Assembly: GCA_010435995.1 (NCBI GenBank)
Contig: JAAGNR010000062.1
Location: 12 to 64,011, forward strand
Direction of reading: 5' to 3'
Source: Ferrovum sp.
GTDB lineage: Bacteria > Pseudomonadota > Gammaproteobacteria > Burkholderiales > Ferrovaceae
Length of the DNA: 64,000 nt
The notes below the pieces were generated by a model, which was given only the letters and a program-made list of their open reading frames with translations, was not told the DNA's origin and ran no database searches. The position numbers and the translations under genes are program-made. The number at the start of each line of letters is the position of its first letter. Within the stretch, counting starts at the first letter, position 1. Below, one piece after another: positions 22,715 through 32,513 of the stretch.

Positions 22715-22797
22715 TCGTGGTTCCTGTCAGCATATTTTATTGTTGCAGAATGCTAACACGGACTAACCAAGCCTAGCGGCCAGCAGCTTGGAATGGG

Positions 22798-25482
22798 TCA
22801 AGCGCGTGCGAAGTACGGCGCAGCGGATCCTTGCGTGAAAGCACCCGTTCCTCTCAATTTTTTCTCGAATTCACCCACCGGCACCGGTCTACCGAACAAG
22901 TATCCTTGGTAGAGAGTGCAACCATGTTGCTCTAGAAATACACGCTGTTCTTCCGTCTCCACCCCTTCGGCGATAACCTCCATGCCTAGGTTATTGGCCA
23001 TGCCAATGATGGTCTGCACTATGATCGAATCACCGTGCTTCACCCCAATGTTGTGCACAAAAGACTGATCTATTTTCAACTGGTCGATGGGTAACTGTGT
23101 CAGGTAAGACAACGATGAGTAACCCGTGCCAAAGTCATCCATAGAGAAACGCACCCCATACTGTCTGAGTGCGTGCATCTTGGCGATGGTGTCATCGATA
23201 TTGGCCAGAACCAGACTCTCCGTGAGTTCGAGCTTGATTCGGTTGGGGTTGAGTGCATGTCTGTGTAATATCCGGCGTACTTGATCGACGAAATCGGGCT
23301 GGTGAAATTGGAGTGCACTGACATTGATGGCAAGTTGCAGGTGGCAGGTGAGCGCATTGGTTTCCCATAGCTTCAACTGGGCACAGGCCGTTTCTAGCAC
23401 CCACTGCCCGATGGGCTGAATCAGACCGGTTTCTTCGGCCAACGGGATAAACTGCATGGGTGAGACCAGACCGCGATGCGGATGCAGCCAGCGTATCAGC
23501 ACCTCGGCACCGAAAATATGGCCAGTATGACCAACCTGCATTTGGTAGTGCACCCTAAATTGGTTCCCTGACAAGGCACGGCGCAAATCATTTTCCAATG
23601 CTGTGCGAGCTTCCAGTACCACCTGCATGGCCGGGTCATAGAATCGCAGGCTATTGCGTCCAGCGCTCTTCGCTTGGTACATAGCGGTATCGGCGCGTTT
23701 GAGCAATTCATCCACCGTGACCTCCTGATTGCAAAACAGACAGATTCCAATGCTGGCAGAACAGTGATAATCATAATCTACCAACAAATGAGGCTGACTG
23801 ATGGTGCTGAGTATTTTGTCGCAAATGGCTTCCGTCTGGGCAGCAGCTTCCAAAGGCTCTTCATCCAACTCTTGCAGTATGACGATGAACTCATCACCTC
23901 CCAGCCGCGCCACGGTGTCCCCCTCACGTATACAGGATAGCAACCGACGGGCCACCTCAATCAGCAATAAGTCGCCGATATTATGACCCTTGGTATCGTT
24001 GAGAATCTTGAAATTGTCGAGATCAATAAACAGAAGGGCAGCGTGGTTGCTATGCCGGGCGCTGGCGGCAAAGGTATGCTGCAGGCGGTCCACCAGCAGA
24101 CGTCGATTGGGCAGAGAGGTTAACGGATCATAAAAAGCCAGAGAGTGGATTGTGGCCTCATTTTTCTTGAATTGAGAGAGGTCAGAATAGGAAGCGACAT
24201 AGTTCGTGATTTTACCTTCGACATCAGTAACGGCGGTAATGGTGAGCCAATCCAGATAGACTTCTCCATTTTTTCGCCGGTTCCAAATTTCGCCATTCCA
24301 ATATTGGTCCCGTGTTAGAGCATCCCACATTTGCCGATAAAATTCAGCATCCTGCTTCCCAGACTTGACCAGAGCGGGGGTCTTTCCAATGGCTTCCTCG
24401 GCACAGTATCCCGTCTGGCGAGCAAAAGACTTATTGATGCGCAGGATGACTTTGTAGGCATCGGTGATGAGGATACCTTCCTGTGTTTCGAAAGCAATGG
24501 CGGCAATGCGCAGGTCCTGCTCTGCCCGTTTGCGCTCAGTTTCGTTAGCGAAATTACTGAGGGCGAAACTGACATCAATTGCCATTTCAACCAGCAGGTC
24601 GCAGGCGGCTTCATCGAAGGCATTGGTTTCTCCCGCATACAAGGAAAATACACCAATAACGAGACCATTCCGGCATAGTGGCAGTGATGCCGAGGCTGCC
24701 CAACCACTGCGCGCGGCACTTTCTTGCCATGGAACGGTGAGTGGATCATTCATGTAATCTTGGCTCCAGACTGGCCGGTTTTCGCGAATGGCGGTTCCGG
24801 TGGGGCCGTGCCCGAAGGGGCTAACAATGTCCGCCGATATCTTGACATTTCCCAACTCCTCGACGCCACTGCCAAAACTGCAAGCCGGTCGAACCTCGAG
24901 CGTCTCAGCATTGATGAGGCCGATCCAAGCCATCTTCATCCTACCAAAACGCACTGCAGCACAACAGATTTTCAGGAATAACTCTTCCTCATTCGTACAG
25001 TGCACGATAGCCTTGTTGCACTGGCTCAGCGCAGTATAGAGATGTGTGAGCCGCTGAATTTCCACCTCGGCTGCCTTACGCTTGGTAATATCGCGGATAT
25101 TGCACTGGATGATCTGGACCCCATCACAGTCGTAGGTATTACTCACAAATTCAACTTGGACACGTTCCCCTGCTTTTGTTTTTAGCGGAAGATCCTCGTA
25201 CCGGATATAGCCCTTTATTTTCAGTTCCGCAAACATTTCTTTGCTCTCGAATCGGTCTGAAAACGGCCCCACTTCCCATAGCTTTTTCCCCAAAAATTCC
25301 GCATGCGTGTAGCCCAGCATGTTGACCAAATAGGGATTGACATCTTCAATCTGGGCGGTGTCGACATTAAGAAGCAGGATCCCGTCCTGAGCAGTTTCAA
25401 ACAAACGACGGTAGCTGCTTTCGGATGCTCGTAATGCTTTCAGTGCACGTTTGGTCAACAGCGGGGAAGTTGGCGTTTGCAT
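22798..25482 (-). CDS. PAS-GAF-PAS-GGDEF-EAL diguanylate cyclase/phosphodiesterase
   Basis: Two PAS domains, GAF, intact GGDEF with RxxD I-site (REGD), EVL variant of EAL, DDFGTGYSS; GGAG RBS before ATG 25482. Confidence 0.92.
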   Translation of the reverse strand: MQTPTSPLLTKRALKALRASESSYRRLFETAQDGILLLNVDTAQIEDVNPYLVNMLGYTHAEFLGKKLWEVGPFSDRFESKEMFAELKIKGYIRYEDLPLKTKAGERVQVEFVSNTYDCDGVQIIQCNIRDITKRKAAEVEIQRLTHLYTALSQCNKAIVHCTNEEELFLKICCAAVRFGRMKMAWIGLINAETLEVRPACSFGSGVEELGNVKISADIVSPFGHGPTGTAIRENRPVWSQDYMNDPLTVPWQESAARSGWAASASLPLCRNGLVIGVFSLYAGETNAFDEAACDLLVEMAIDVSFALSNFANETERKRAEQDLRIAAIAFETQEGILITDAYKVILRINKSFARQTGYCAEEAIGKTPALVKSGKQDAEFYRQMWDALTRDQYWNGEIWNRRKNGEVYLDWLTITAVTDVEGKITNYVASYSDLSQFKKNEATIHSLAFYDPLTSLPNRRLLVDRLQHTFAASARHSNHAALLFIDLDNFKILNDTKGHNIGDLLLIEVARRLLSCIREGDTVARLGGDEFIVILQELDEEPLEAAAQTEAICDKILSTISQPHLLVDYDYHCSASIGICLFCNQEVTVDELLKRADTAMYQAKSAGRNSLRFYDPAMQVVLEARTALENDLRRALSGNQFRVHYQMQVGHTGHIFGAEVLIRWLHPHRGLVSPMQFIPLAEETGLIQPIGQWVLETACAQLKLWETNALTCHLQLAINVSALQFHQPDFVDQVRRILHRHALNPNRIKLELTESLVLANIDDTIAKMHALRQYGVRFSMDDFGTGYSSLSYLTQLPIDQLKIDQSFVHNIGVKHGDSIIVQTIIGMANNLGMEVIAEGVETEEQRVFLEQHGCTLYQGYLFGRPVPVGEFEKKLRGTGAFTQGSAAPYFARA

Positions 25483-25702
25483 ACCCATGACTCCAAGGTC
25501 TTGTTGGCGGACACCAACCACCTTGAAATAAAGTATGCAAATTGTCAGGGCGGTACCGCACATAACGCGCATCAAAGGATCGGTGGTGCATGGGTTCGAG
25601 AGGTGCTTCACTTGGATTCCGGCGAAACCACACCAACTCAGAGAATGTTTTTTGGATTCCTGCTGTTTTATGGGAAATTCGGACTGCTGGTGACACAACT
25701 CC

Positions 25703-28078
25703 CTAGTACAGCAAGTAGCGGTGCCGCAACGTGGAAAATTCCTTGAGTTTCGGTTGCCATTGGAACGCCAGAGTTTTGGGATCCTGTCCTTCGGTAATGG
25801 CCTGCACCAAGGAACGTGACCCCACCATGCCGAGAATTTTCCGGAGGTGAAACTGCTCTGGGTACAACTGGTGCAGGACGCTGGCCAATTCTATTCCCAG
25901 CAAGGGGGAATCCAGTGCATGCCGATCAGTCAACAGGATGCGAACGCCATGACAAAGCTGCTGCGGGTAGCGACTGGTGTCGGGGGTAAACTCTGCGGGG
26001 ATGAAATAGACGCCGGCGATCTCCCGTCGATTGAGTTCATCTGCCAGTTCCCGCCCCTGAATCCAGGGTGCCCCCAGCACTTCAAAGGGAGTGTCCGTAC
26101 CCCGTCCGACGCTGACATTGGCACTTTCCACCAACCCAACTCCAGGATAAAGGGTGGCTTCGGTGAGGGTACGCAGATTGGGGGAAGGATTGACCCAAGG
26201 GATCCCGGTATCATCGAACCAGTCGTGACGACGGTAACCCCGCATTTTGATGACCTGCAGCTTGGCCCCAATGTGAGCTTCTGCATTAAAAAGTTCGGCC
26301 AATTCGCCCATGGTCATGCCATGCCGCACCGGCAGAGGAAAGTAGCCGGTGAAGGAAGTCAGGGTTGGGTCCAGCATGGGGCCTTGCACCACATCGGCAC
26401 CGATGGGGTCGGGGCGGTCCAGAACATAGAAGTCGATGCCCTTGCGCGCGGCGGCTTCCATGGCATACGCCAGAGTGCTGGCATAGGTGTAGAAACGCAC
26501 CCCGGCATCCTGAATGTCGAACACCAGGGCATCGATGTCATGAAGCATCGGGGCCGTGGGTTTTCTGGTGTCACCGTACAAACTGTACACCGGCAGTCCC
26601 GTAGCGGCATCGATACCAGAGAGGATTTTTTCATCGAAGATGCCCTGAAGTCCATGTTCCGGACTGAAGATGGCGCTCAGGCGGACGCCAGGCGCTTGAT
26701 TCAATAGGTCCACTCCCCTCCTCCCCTCGCCATCTACTCCGGTTTGATTGGTCAGGATCCCGATCCGTTGGCCCTTCAGGGGGGCGAAGTTTTCGGCCTC
26801 CAGCACATCCAGTCCTGTGGCCACTTGGGTTGGTGGGTGAATCACTGGCTCGGTGGCGGCCCGTTCGGTATAGGCGGCAATGGCAGGGCGGGCCGCCAGA
26901 ATGCTCTGATTGGATTGTGGCCCCAGGGCATCAGACACCATGGCGAGGATTCCGCGGCGCAAGGGGTTGGCGTTGCCCTGTCCATGGGGGTGGACACGGT
27001 TGGTCAGGACGATGACAAAGATATGGGTCACGGGATCCACCCACAACAAGGTCCCGGTATAGCCCAGATGGCCGTAGGACCCTAGGGGAAGCAGTTGTTC
27101 GCGATTGGTGGCCAGGGGAGCGGCCAACTGCCAGCCCAGCCCGCGCAATTCGGTCGTGCCGGGTGGCGACTGGGGGGTGGTCATTTGGTCCACGGTATCC
27201 GGGTTCAATATGTGAACCCCGTTTTGACTTCCCCCATTGAGCAGCATGCGCGCAAAAATGGCCAAGTCCCCGGCCGTAGAAAACAGTCCCGCATGCCCTG
27301 CCACCCCTTCCATGCGATGAGCGGTGGGGTCATGCACTTCTCCCCAGCGCAGTGTACCGTCCAGATATTCGGTAGGGGCAATGTCTGCCGCTGATGCTGG
27401 CTTGAAGCCCGTGTGGGTCATGCCCAAGGGCTGAAAAATATGCTGGGCGCAATAGACCTCCAGAGGCTGGCCAGATACCCGATGGACCAGTTCCCCCAGA
27501 ACCTCAAAGTTGATGTCGCTGTAGAGATACTGGCTGCCTGGGGGAAAGCGTGGGGTTTCTGCGAGGATCCGTTGGAGGGCGGTGGAGTAACCGAACCACG
27601 GAGGGGTTAAATCCAGGTCAGGGCGCAAGCCGGAATAATGGGTCAGCAACTGCCGAAGAGTGATGGCTTCCTTGCCCTTTGTCCCAAACTCCGGCCAATA
27701 CTTGATTACCGGATCATCAAGCTGAATTTTCTGTTGCTCCACCAGCTGCATGATGGCCGTGGTGGTAGCAATCACCTTGGTCAGGGAGGCCAGATCAAAA
27801 CGGGTGTCCACCCTCATGGGCAACGGATCTGGGGTCAGGGCACGCTGACCGAAGGCCTGGCGATATATCGTTTCCGTAGGGGTGCCCACCAAGATCACGG
27901 CCCCAGGGATGTGTCCATACCGGATTTCGCTTTGGGTCAACCCGCCCAGAGAGGCTAAGTTGGTCCCCGCGAGTGCGTCGGGAGTCTGGGCCCACAGGGG
28001 CGCTCCCCACGGCAGAAAAAAACCCAGCCCAAGGAGGGTGACCCATCTCATCCGGCCCTTCCCCCTAGGCAAGTTCAT
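25703..28078 (-). CDS. Exported fusion: beta-lactamase-family serine hydrolase (AmiE/YbbE-like) + DUF1343 exo-beta-N-acetylmuramidase (NamZ/YbbC-like)
   Basis: Signal peptide; ASLTK, YSD, GHAGLFST, GHLGYTG; then [50 protein letters not shown]. Confidence 0.88.
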   Translation of the reverse strand: MNLPRGKGRMRWVTLLGLGFFLPWGAPLWAQTPDALAGTNLASLGGLTQSEIRYGHIPGAVILVGTPTETIYRQAFGQRALTPDPLPMRVDTRFDLASLTKVIATTTAIMQLVEQQKIQLDDPVIKYWPEFGTKGKEAITLRQLLTHYSGLRPDLDLTPPWFGYSTALQRILAETPRFPPGSQYLYSDINFEVLGELVHRVSGQPLEVYCAQHIFQPLGMTHTGFKPASAADIAPTEYLDGTLRWGEVHDPTAHRMEGVAGHAGLFSTAGDLAIFARMLLNGGSQNGVHILNPDTVDQMTTPQSPPGTTELRGLGWQLAAPLATNREQLLPLGSYGHLGYTGTLLWVDPVTHIFVIVLTNRVHPHGQGNANPLRRGILAMVSDALGPQSNQSILAARPAIAAYTERAATEPVIHPPTQVATGLDVLEAENFAPLKGQRIGILTNQTGVDGEGRRGVDLLNQAPGVRLSAIFSPEHGLQGIFDEKILSGIDAATGLPVYSLYGDTRKPTAPMLHDIDALVFDIQDAGVRFYTYASTLAYAMEAAARKGIDFYVLDRPDPIGADVVQGPMLDPTLTSFTGYFPLPVRHGMTMGELAELFNAEAHIGAKLQVIKMRGYRRHDWFDDTGIPWVNPSPNLRTLTEATLYPGVGLVESANVSVGRGTDTPFEVLGAPWIQGRELADELNRREIAGVYFIPAEFTPDTSRYPQQLCHGVRILLTDRHALDSPLLGIELASVLHQLYPEQFHLRKILGMVGSRSLVQAITEGQDPKTLAFQWQPKLKEFSTLRHRYLLY

Positions 28079-28084
28079 GGCAGA

Positions 28085-29335
28085 CTACTTTTTCTGGAGA
28101 CCATCGCCATAGGAGTTGTGCGGGTTCCATAACATCCACCCATCGCTGCCAAAGCGATCGGAAGCCTCAATTTGCGCACGAATTTGATCATTTCTGAACC
28201 ACCGTCGGTCAAAAGCATAGTCCCGGAAAGCCTGAAGCCAAGGCCGAAAACGCAAGGACGCCATACCGCTACGCTGTTGTGCCTTCTCCAGAGAAAGCCG
28301 GACGATTTCACCAGGATGTTGCACTGGGTTGAGATAACCCGGAATCCCAAACTTAAATCCCGAGGGGTAGAGCATGAAGCACAGGTAGTCCACCACCTCG
28401 CCCAGGTTTTGCAGTTTCTGCCCAATGTGCGTGTCATCGGTATTCCATGCCACATACCCGAAAATATCGGCCCCCAAAAATACATTATAGGGGACGAGCC
28501 GTTTTCTGGCTTCGCCCAAAAATCCAGAAATGGCCCCGACCCGATTTTCTTCGGTGTTCGGCTTGGAAAATACCGGTTCTAGGGAATCCGGGAACCGGAC
28601 ATAGTCAAACTGGATTTCATCAAATCCGGCACGTGCTGCCTCCACCGCCAGATCGATGTTGTAGTTCCACACCGTGACGCTGAAGGGATCGGGCCAGGAC
28701 AATCCTTCCCGATCCTTCCAGACGCCCCCGCCTTTGGTTTTCAAAGCCAGTTCAGGGTGGGCAGAAGCCAGCGGATTATCCTTGAACACCACGATTCTCC
28801 CGATGGCATAAATGCCCTTGGCGTGGAGTTCGGTGACCAATCCACTCATATCCTTGATGGTGGTGATTTTTTGCGCGCCAATCTGGGTCGCCAGGGGAAC
28901 GGCACTCTTGAACGAGACCCCTCCCCGGTCGCCTTTGAGGTCAATCACCAGCGCATTGACTTCAGTCCGCCGGATCACATCGAAGGCCGCATGGCGCAAT
29001 GTTTTGTCCCCGACCCCATAGAATGAAAGATAAATGGCCTTGGGAATAAAAGGCATCAGGGTGATCGGGGCAAGGTCACGGGCTAAGGGGACATCTCGAC
29101 GGGTATGCCCATAGGCCCGAATGCCGAGCTTGTCGCCACTGCCATTGAGGGTAAATTTACCCTTGGAGTCGGTGCGCACCACGGTAGAGCCCAGGGTGAC
29201 AAAAGCATTTTCAATGGGTTTCTGGGTGACGGCATCCAGCACCGTTCCTGCACAGACGGCTGCCATGGCGGACACTGGGTTTAGTGCGGCCCACACCAGA
29301 AACAGGAGGGAAACGATGGGTTTGACATTCTTCAC
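28085..29335 (-). CDS. Exported putative glycoside hydrolase (DUF4015-like) with N-terminal carboxypeptidase-regulatory-like domain
   Basis: GTVLDA.T.KPI..A.V beta-sandwich; NALVIDLK, RIVVFKD, GFDEIQFDYVRFP, MLYPS, RPWLQAF, GWMLWN. Confidence 0.8.
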   Translation of the reverse strand: MKNVKPIVSLLFLVWAALNPVSAMAAVCAGTVLDAVTQKPIENAFVTLGSTVVRTDSKGKFTLNGSGDKLGIRAYGHTRRDVPLARDLAPITLMPFIPKAIYLSFYGVGDKTLRHAAFDVIRRTEVNALVIDLKGDRGGVSFKSAVPLATQIGAQKITTIKDMSGLVTELHAKGIYAIGRIVVFKDNPLASAHPELALKTKGGGVWKDREGLSWPDPFSVTVWNYNIDLAVEAARAGFDEIQFDYVRFPDSLEPVFSKPNTEENRVGAISGFLGEARKRLVPYNVFLGADIFGYVAWNTDDTHIGQKLQNLGEVVDYLCFMLYPSGFKFGIPGYLNPVQHPGEIVRLSLEKAQQRSGMASLRFRPWLQAFRDYAFDRRWFRNDQIRAQIEASDRFGSDGWMLWNPHNSYGDGLQKK

Positions 29336-30150
29336 GGCTGATTTTCTCTTTTCTCACGGGAACGGGAGGACTCGGCAAGCAACTTTTCAAATGCCGTACC
29401 CTGGACTGGGTTGATCATCAAATATCGGGGTAAAGCCATCATCGAATCGGCGCGGGTGACAGGGTGTCTCGCTATGGAAAAACCGGCGATATAACCACTG
29501 CGTCTAGCCTCCTCAATCAGTGCATCGTCATAAATTCCATAGGGCCAGGCCAACATATCTACCGGACTTCCCAGTTTTCGCTGCAGGACTTCCCGAGATT
29601 TGCTCAGTTGACCCTGAACAAAAGTCTCATAATCCTTTGCAGTCAGGCGTTTTTTTTCTATTTTGAAGTTGGGATGCCAATAGGTATGAGATTGGATGTC
29701 TACCAGACCGCTTTGCTTCATTTCCTGTAATTGTGACCAGGTCAGGGCATACTTGGCGTTAGAAATGGCCGAAGGATAGATGAACAAAGTCATCGGCATA
29801 TGGTAATGACGGATCAGCGGAAACAGGTCAGTGAACACGGATTCATGACCATCGTCAGCAGTGATCACAATGGAACGGTCGGGCAGCGGCGACGTTTTTC
29901 CTGCCAGCGAAGCGATCAACTGGCGTAAGGGAATCACCGTGTACCCATGGCGATGAAGATACTCAAGTTGAGCGGTTAAAACCGCCGTCTTCACCGTCAT
30001 CGAATCCGCAACCACGGGCCCAAAACGATGGTACAGCAAAATGGGAACCGCAACCCTGTTGCCTTCCGGTTCTGCCTCCTGGGCGCATCCAATCGTCGGG
30101 GAAAGTAGAAGCGCTATCAGGAACGTGCCGAAAAAACCTATGTTATTCAA
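29332..30150 (-). CDS. Exported polysaccharide deacetylase (CE4, PgaB/IcaB-like motif order)
   Basis: PILLYH, ITADDG, QSHTYWH, AWPYG, LPR; signal peptide. Confidence 0.88.
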   Translation of the reverse strand: MNNIGFFGTFLIALLLSPTIGCAQEAEPEGNRVAVPILLYHRFGPVVADSMTVKTAVLTAQLEYLHRHGYTVIPLRQLIASLAGKTSPLPDRSIVITADDGHESVFTDLFPLIRHYHMPMTLFIYPSAISNAKYALTWSQLQEMKQSGLVDIQSHTYWHPNFKIEKKRLTAKDYETFVQGQLSKSREVLQRKLGSPVDMLAWPYGIYDDALIEEARRSGYIAGFSIARHPVTRADSMMALPRYLMINPVQGTAFEKLLAESSRSREKRENQP

Positions 30151-30523
30151 AAGCCCCTGCCTGATACATCAAGTAATCGTGTGTGTTCGCATCATTTAAA
30201 CCAAGACAACCGTTGGTATCGTCCAGAAGAATTATAGAGTAAGGTGAAAAAACCTTAACGTCAAAGTTTGTTGCACCTGTACTATTCCTTGAATGCTAAA
30301 GAGGGTGGAGATGACTTTCACACCCAACAGAGGATAGACTGTATCGATTCGTGACGCCATACCCAATCGGTATCTCCTTAAAGCACCAAAGACACGTGGA
30401 TATAAACCCATATAAGCATTAGAAATCACACCGTTATTTGTATTTTCAAGAGTGACTTTTCCCTGCAAGATCAAGGCTGACACAGCGGTCGCTGCGCCAG
30501 ATCATTCACAAAAGGAGGCATTC

Positions 30524-32044
30524 ATGATTTACGCCGCACCCGGCGCTACAGGCGCCAAAGTTCAATTCAAGGTCAAGTATGACAACTTCATTGGCGGCAA
30601 CTGGGTTGCTCCTGTCAAGGGACAGTACTTCGACGTCATTACCCCCATCAACGGTAAGGTCTACACCCAAGCCGCACGCTCCGGAGCCGACGACATCGAA
30701 CTGGCTCTGGACTCGGCTCATGCTGCCGCCGACAAGTGGGGCAAAACCGCCCCAGCCGAGCGCGCCAATATTTTGCTAAAGATCGCCGACCGCATAGAAG
30801 CCAACCTGGAACTTCTGGCCTATGCCGAGACCGTAGACAACGGTAAGCCGATTCGCGAAACCCTGAATGCCGACATTCCTCTCACCGTCGACCACTTCCG
30901 TTACTTCGCTGGCTGCGTTCGCGCCCAGGAAGGGGCATTGAGCGACATCGACGAAAACATGGTTGCCTATCACTACCATGAACCCCTGGGCGTAGTTGGG
31001 CAGATCATACCGTGGAATTTTCCCATCCTCATGGCCGCATGGAAGCTGGCTCCCGCCATCGGTGCAGGCAACTGTGTCGTGTTGAAACCTGCCGAGTCGA
31101 CACCCATCAGCATTTTGATTCTGGCTGAACTGATTGCCGACATTGTGCCCCCCGGTGTACTCAACATTGTCAACGGCTACGGTCGCGAAGCGGGTTTGCC
31201 ACTGGCCACCAGCAAACGCATCGCCAAGATTGCTTTTACCGGTTCCACTTCTACTGGCCGCGTCATTGCCCAGGCCGCTGCCAATAACCTGATCCCGGCA
31301 ACCCTAGAGCTCGGTGGAAAATCGCCCAATATCTTCTTTGCTGACATCATGGACAAGGATGACAGTTTCCTCGACAAAGCCATTGAAGGATTGGTGTTGT
31401 TTGCCTTCAACCAAGGGGAAGTATGCACCTGCCCCTCACGCGCCCTGATTCAAGAATCGATCTATGACAAATTCATGGAACGCTGCCTGACCCGCGTCAA
31501 AGCGATCAAGCAAGGCAATCCCCTCGATACCGATACGATGATCGGCGCCCAAGCTTCGAAAGAACAATTGACCAAGATCTTGACCTACCTTGATCTGGGT
31601 AAGCAGGAAGGGGCACAAGTGCTGGCCGGCGGCGCCCAAGCCGATGTGGGAAGCGAGCTCAACGGCGGATATTACGTTCAGCCAACCCTATTCAAGGGCC
31701 ACAATAAGATGCGCATCTTCCAGGAAGAAATCTTTGGCCCCGTGCTGGCAGTGACCACCTTCAAGGATGAAGCCGAAGCCCTGGCTCTGGCCAATGACAC
31801 GCTCTACGGCCTCGGAGCTGGCGTGTGGAGTCGCAACGGTAATGTCGCTTACCGGATGGGTCGCGCCATCAAAGCCGGCCGCGTATGGACCAACTGCTAC
31901 CACGCCTATCCGGCCCATGCCGCTTTCGGCGGTTATAAGGAATCCGGCATCGGACGTGAAACGCATAAGGTCATGCTCGATCATTATCAGCAAACCAAGA
32001 ACCTGCTGGTCAGTTACTCCGAGCAGAAACTGGGCTTTTTCTGA
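30524..32044 (+). CDS. aldB: NAD-dependent aldehyde dehydrogenase (AldB/ExaC acetaldehyde type)
   Basis: [43 protein letters not shown]; AAGGAGG RBS. Confidence 0.9.
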   Translation: MIYAAPGATGAKVQFKVKYDNFIGGNWVAPVKGQYFDVITPINGKVYTQAARSGADDIELALDSAHAAADKWGKTAPAERANILLKIADRIEANLELLAYAETVDNGKPIRETLNADIPLTVDHFRYFAGCVRAQEGALSDIDENMVAYHYHEPLGVVGQIIPWNFPILMAAWKLAPAIGAGNCVVLKPAESTPISILILAELIADIVPPGVLNIVNGYGREAGLPLATSKRIAKIAFTGSTSTGRVIAQAAANNLIPATLELGGKSPNIFFADIMDKDDSFLDKAIEGLVLFAFNQGEVCTCPSRALIQESIYDKFMERCLTRVKAIKQGNPLDTDTMIGAQASKEQLTKILTYLDLGKQEGAQVLAGGAQADVGSELNGGYYVQPTLFKGHNKMRIFQEEIFGPVLAVTTFKDEAEALALANDTLYGLGAGVWSRNGNVAYRMGRAIKAGRVWTNCYHAYPAHAAFGGYKESGIGRETHKVMLDHYQQTKNLLVSYSEQKLGFF

Positions 32045-32122
32045 TCTTCCTCTGTCACGGGATACCGATGGCTTTCGGGGCGACGCAATTGCTGTGTTCG
32101 CCCCGTTTTTCTGGAGACCACC

Positions 32123-32479
32123 ATGATTGCAAAAGTTATTGCTACAGAGACTGCCCTTGAACTGATCGAATTTCTGAAGAAGAAGCACGGCCCTGTGTTT
32201 TTTCACCAATCCGGAGGATGTTGCGACAATAGTGCAGCCAACTGTTACCTCCCTGGCGAACTGACCATCGGCGCTGGGGATGAGTACCTTGGAGATATCG
32301 GTGGCTGCCCGTTTTACATCAGCAAGTCACAGTACGAATATTGGAAACATACCCAACTGATCATCGACGTCATTGAAGGCACCGGGGGGACTTTCTCGTT
32401 GGAAGGCCCCGAAGGAAAAGCCTTCCATACCCGCTCGCGACTATTTTCCGAAGACGAGTGGGCCGAACTGACAAAATAA
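32123..32479 (+). CDS. DUF779 protein
   Basis: FHQSGGCCD, YWKHTQLIIDV..G.GG.FSLEGPEG; usual partner of aldB-type genes. Confidence 0.88.
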   Translation: MIAKVIATETALELIEFLKKKHGPVFFHQSGGCCDNSAANCYLPGELTIGAGDEYLGDIGGCPFYISKSQYEYWKHTQLIIDVIEGTGGTFSLEGPEGKAFHTRSRLFSEDEWAELTK

Positions 32480-32513
32480 GACTTCCCTGGAGTTCAGGAG
32501 GATCAGCCCCCCG

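Larger units (their letters stand above)
20890..22760. mobile_element. Decayed integrative element remnant at tRNA-Lys (cargo may extend to about 32.9 kb)
   Basis: Integrase, ardC and hsdM fragments plus orphan arsH directly 3' of the tRNA; no right att repeat found by eye. Confidence 0.65.

Noticed and set aside
25483-25698. 72-aa N-terminal extension of the GGDEF-EAL ORF, or a c-di-GMP riboswitch
   Set aside because: The extension has no domain features, there is a better RBS before 25482, and no GEMM consensus was recognised
25847-26707. 286-aa plus-strand ORF (likewise 19348-20103, 12052-12729, 50765-51475, 62224-63033)
   Set aside because: Antisense shadows of well-supported genes
30232-30483. 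83-aa minus-strand ORF in the aldB spacer
   Set aside because: No clear RBS or motif; likely promoter DNA
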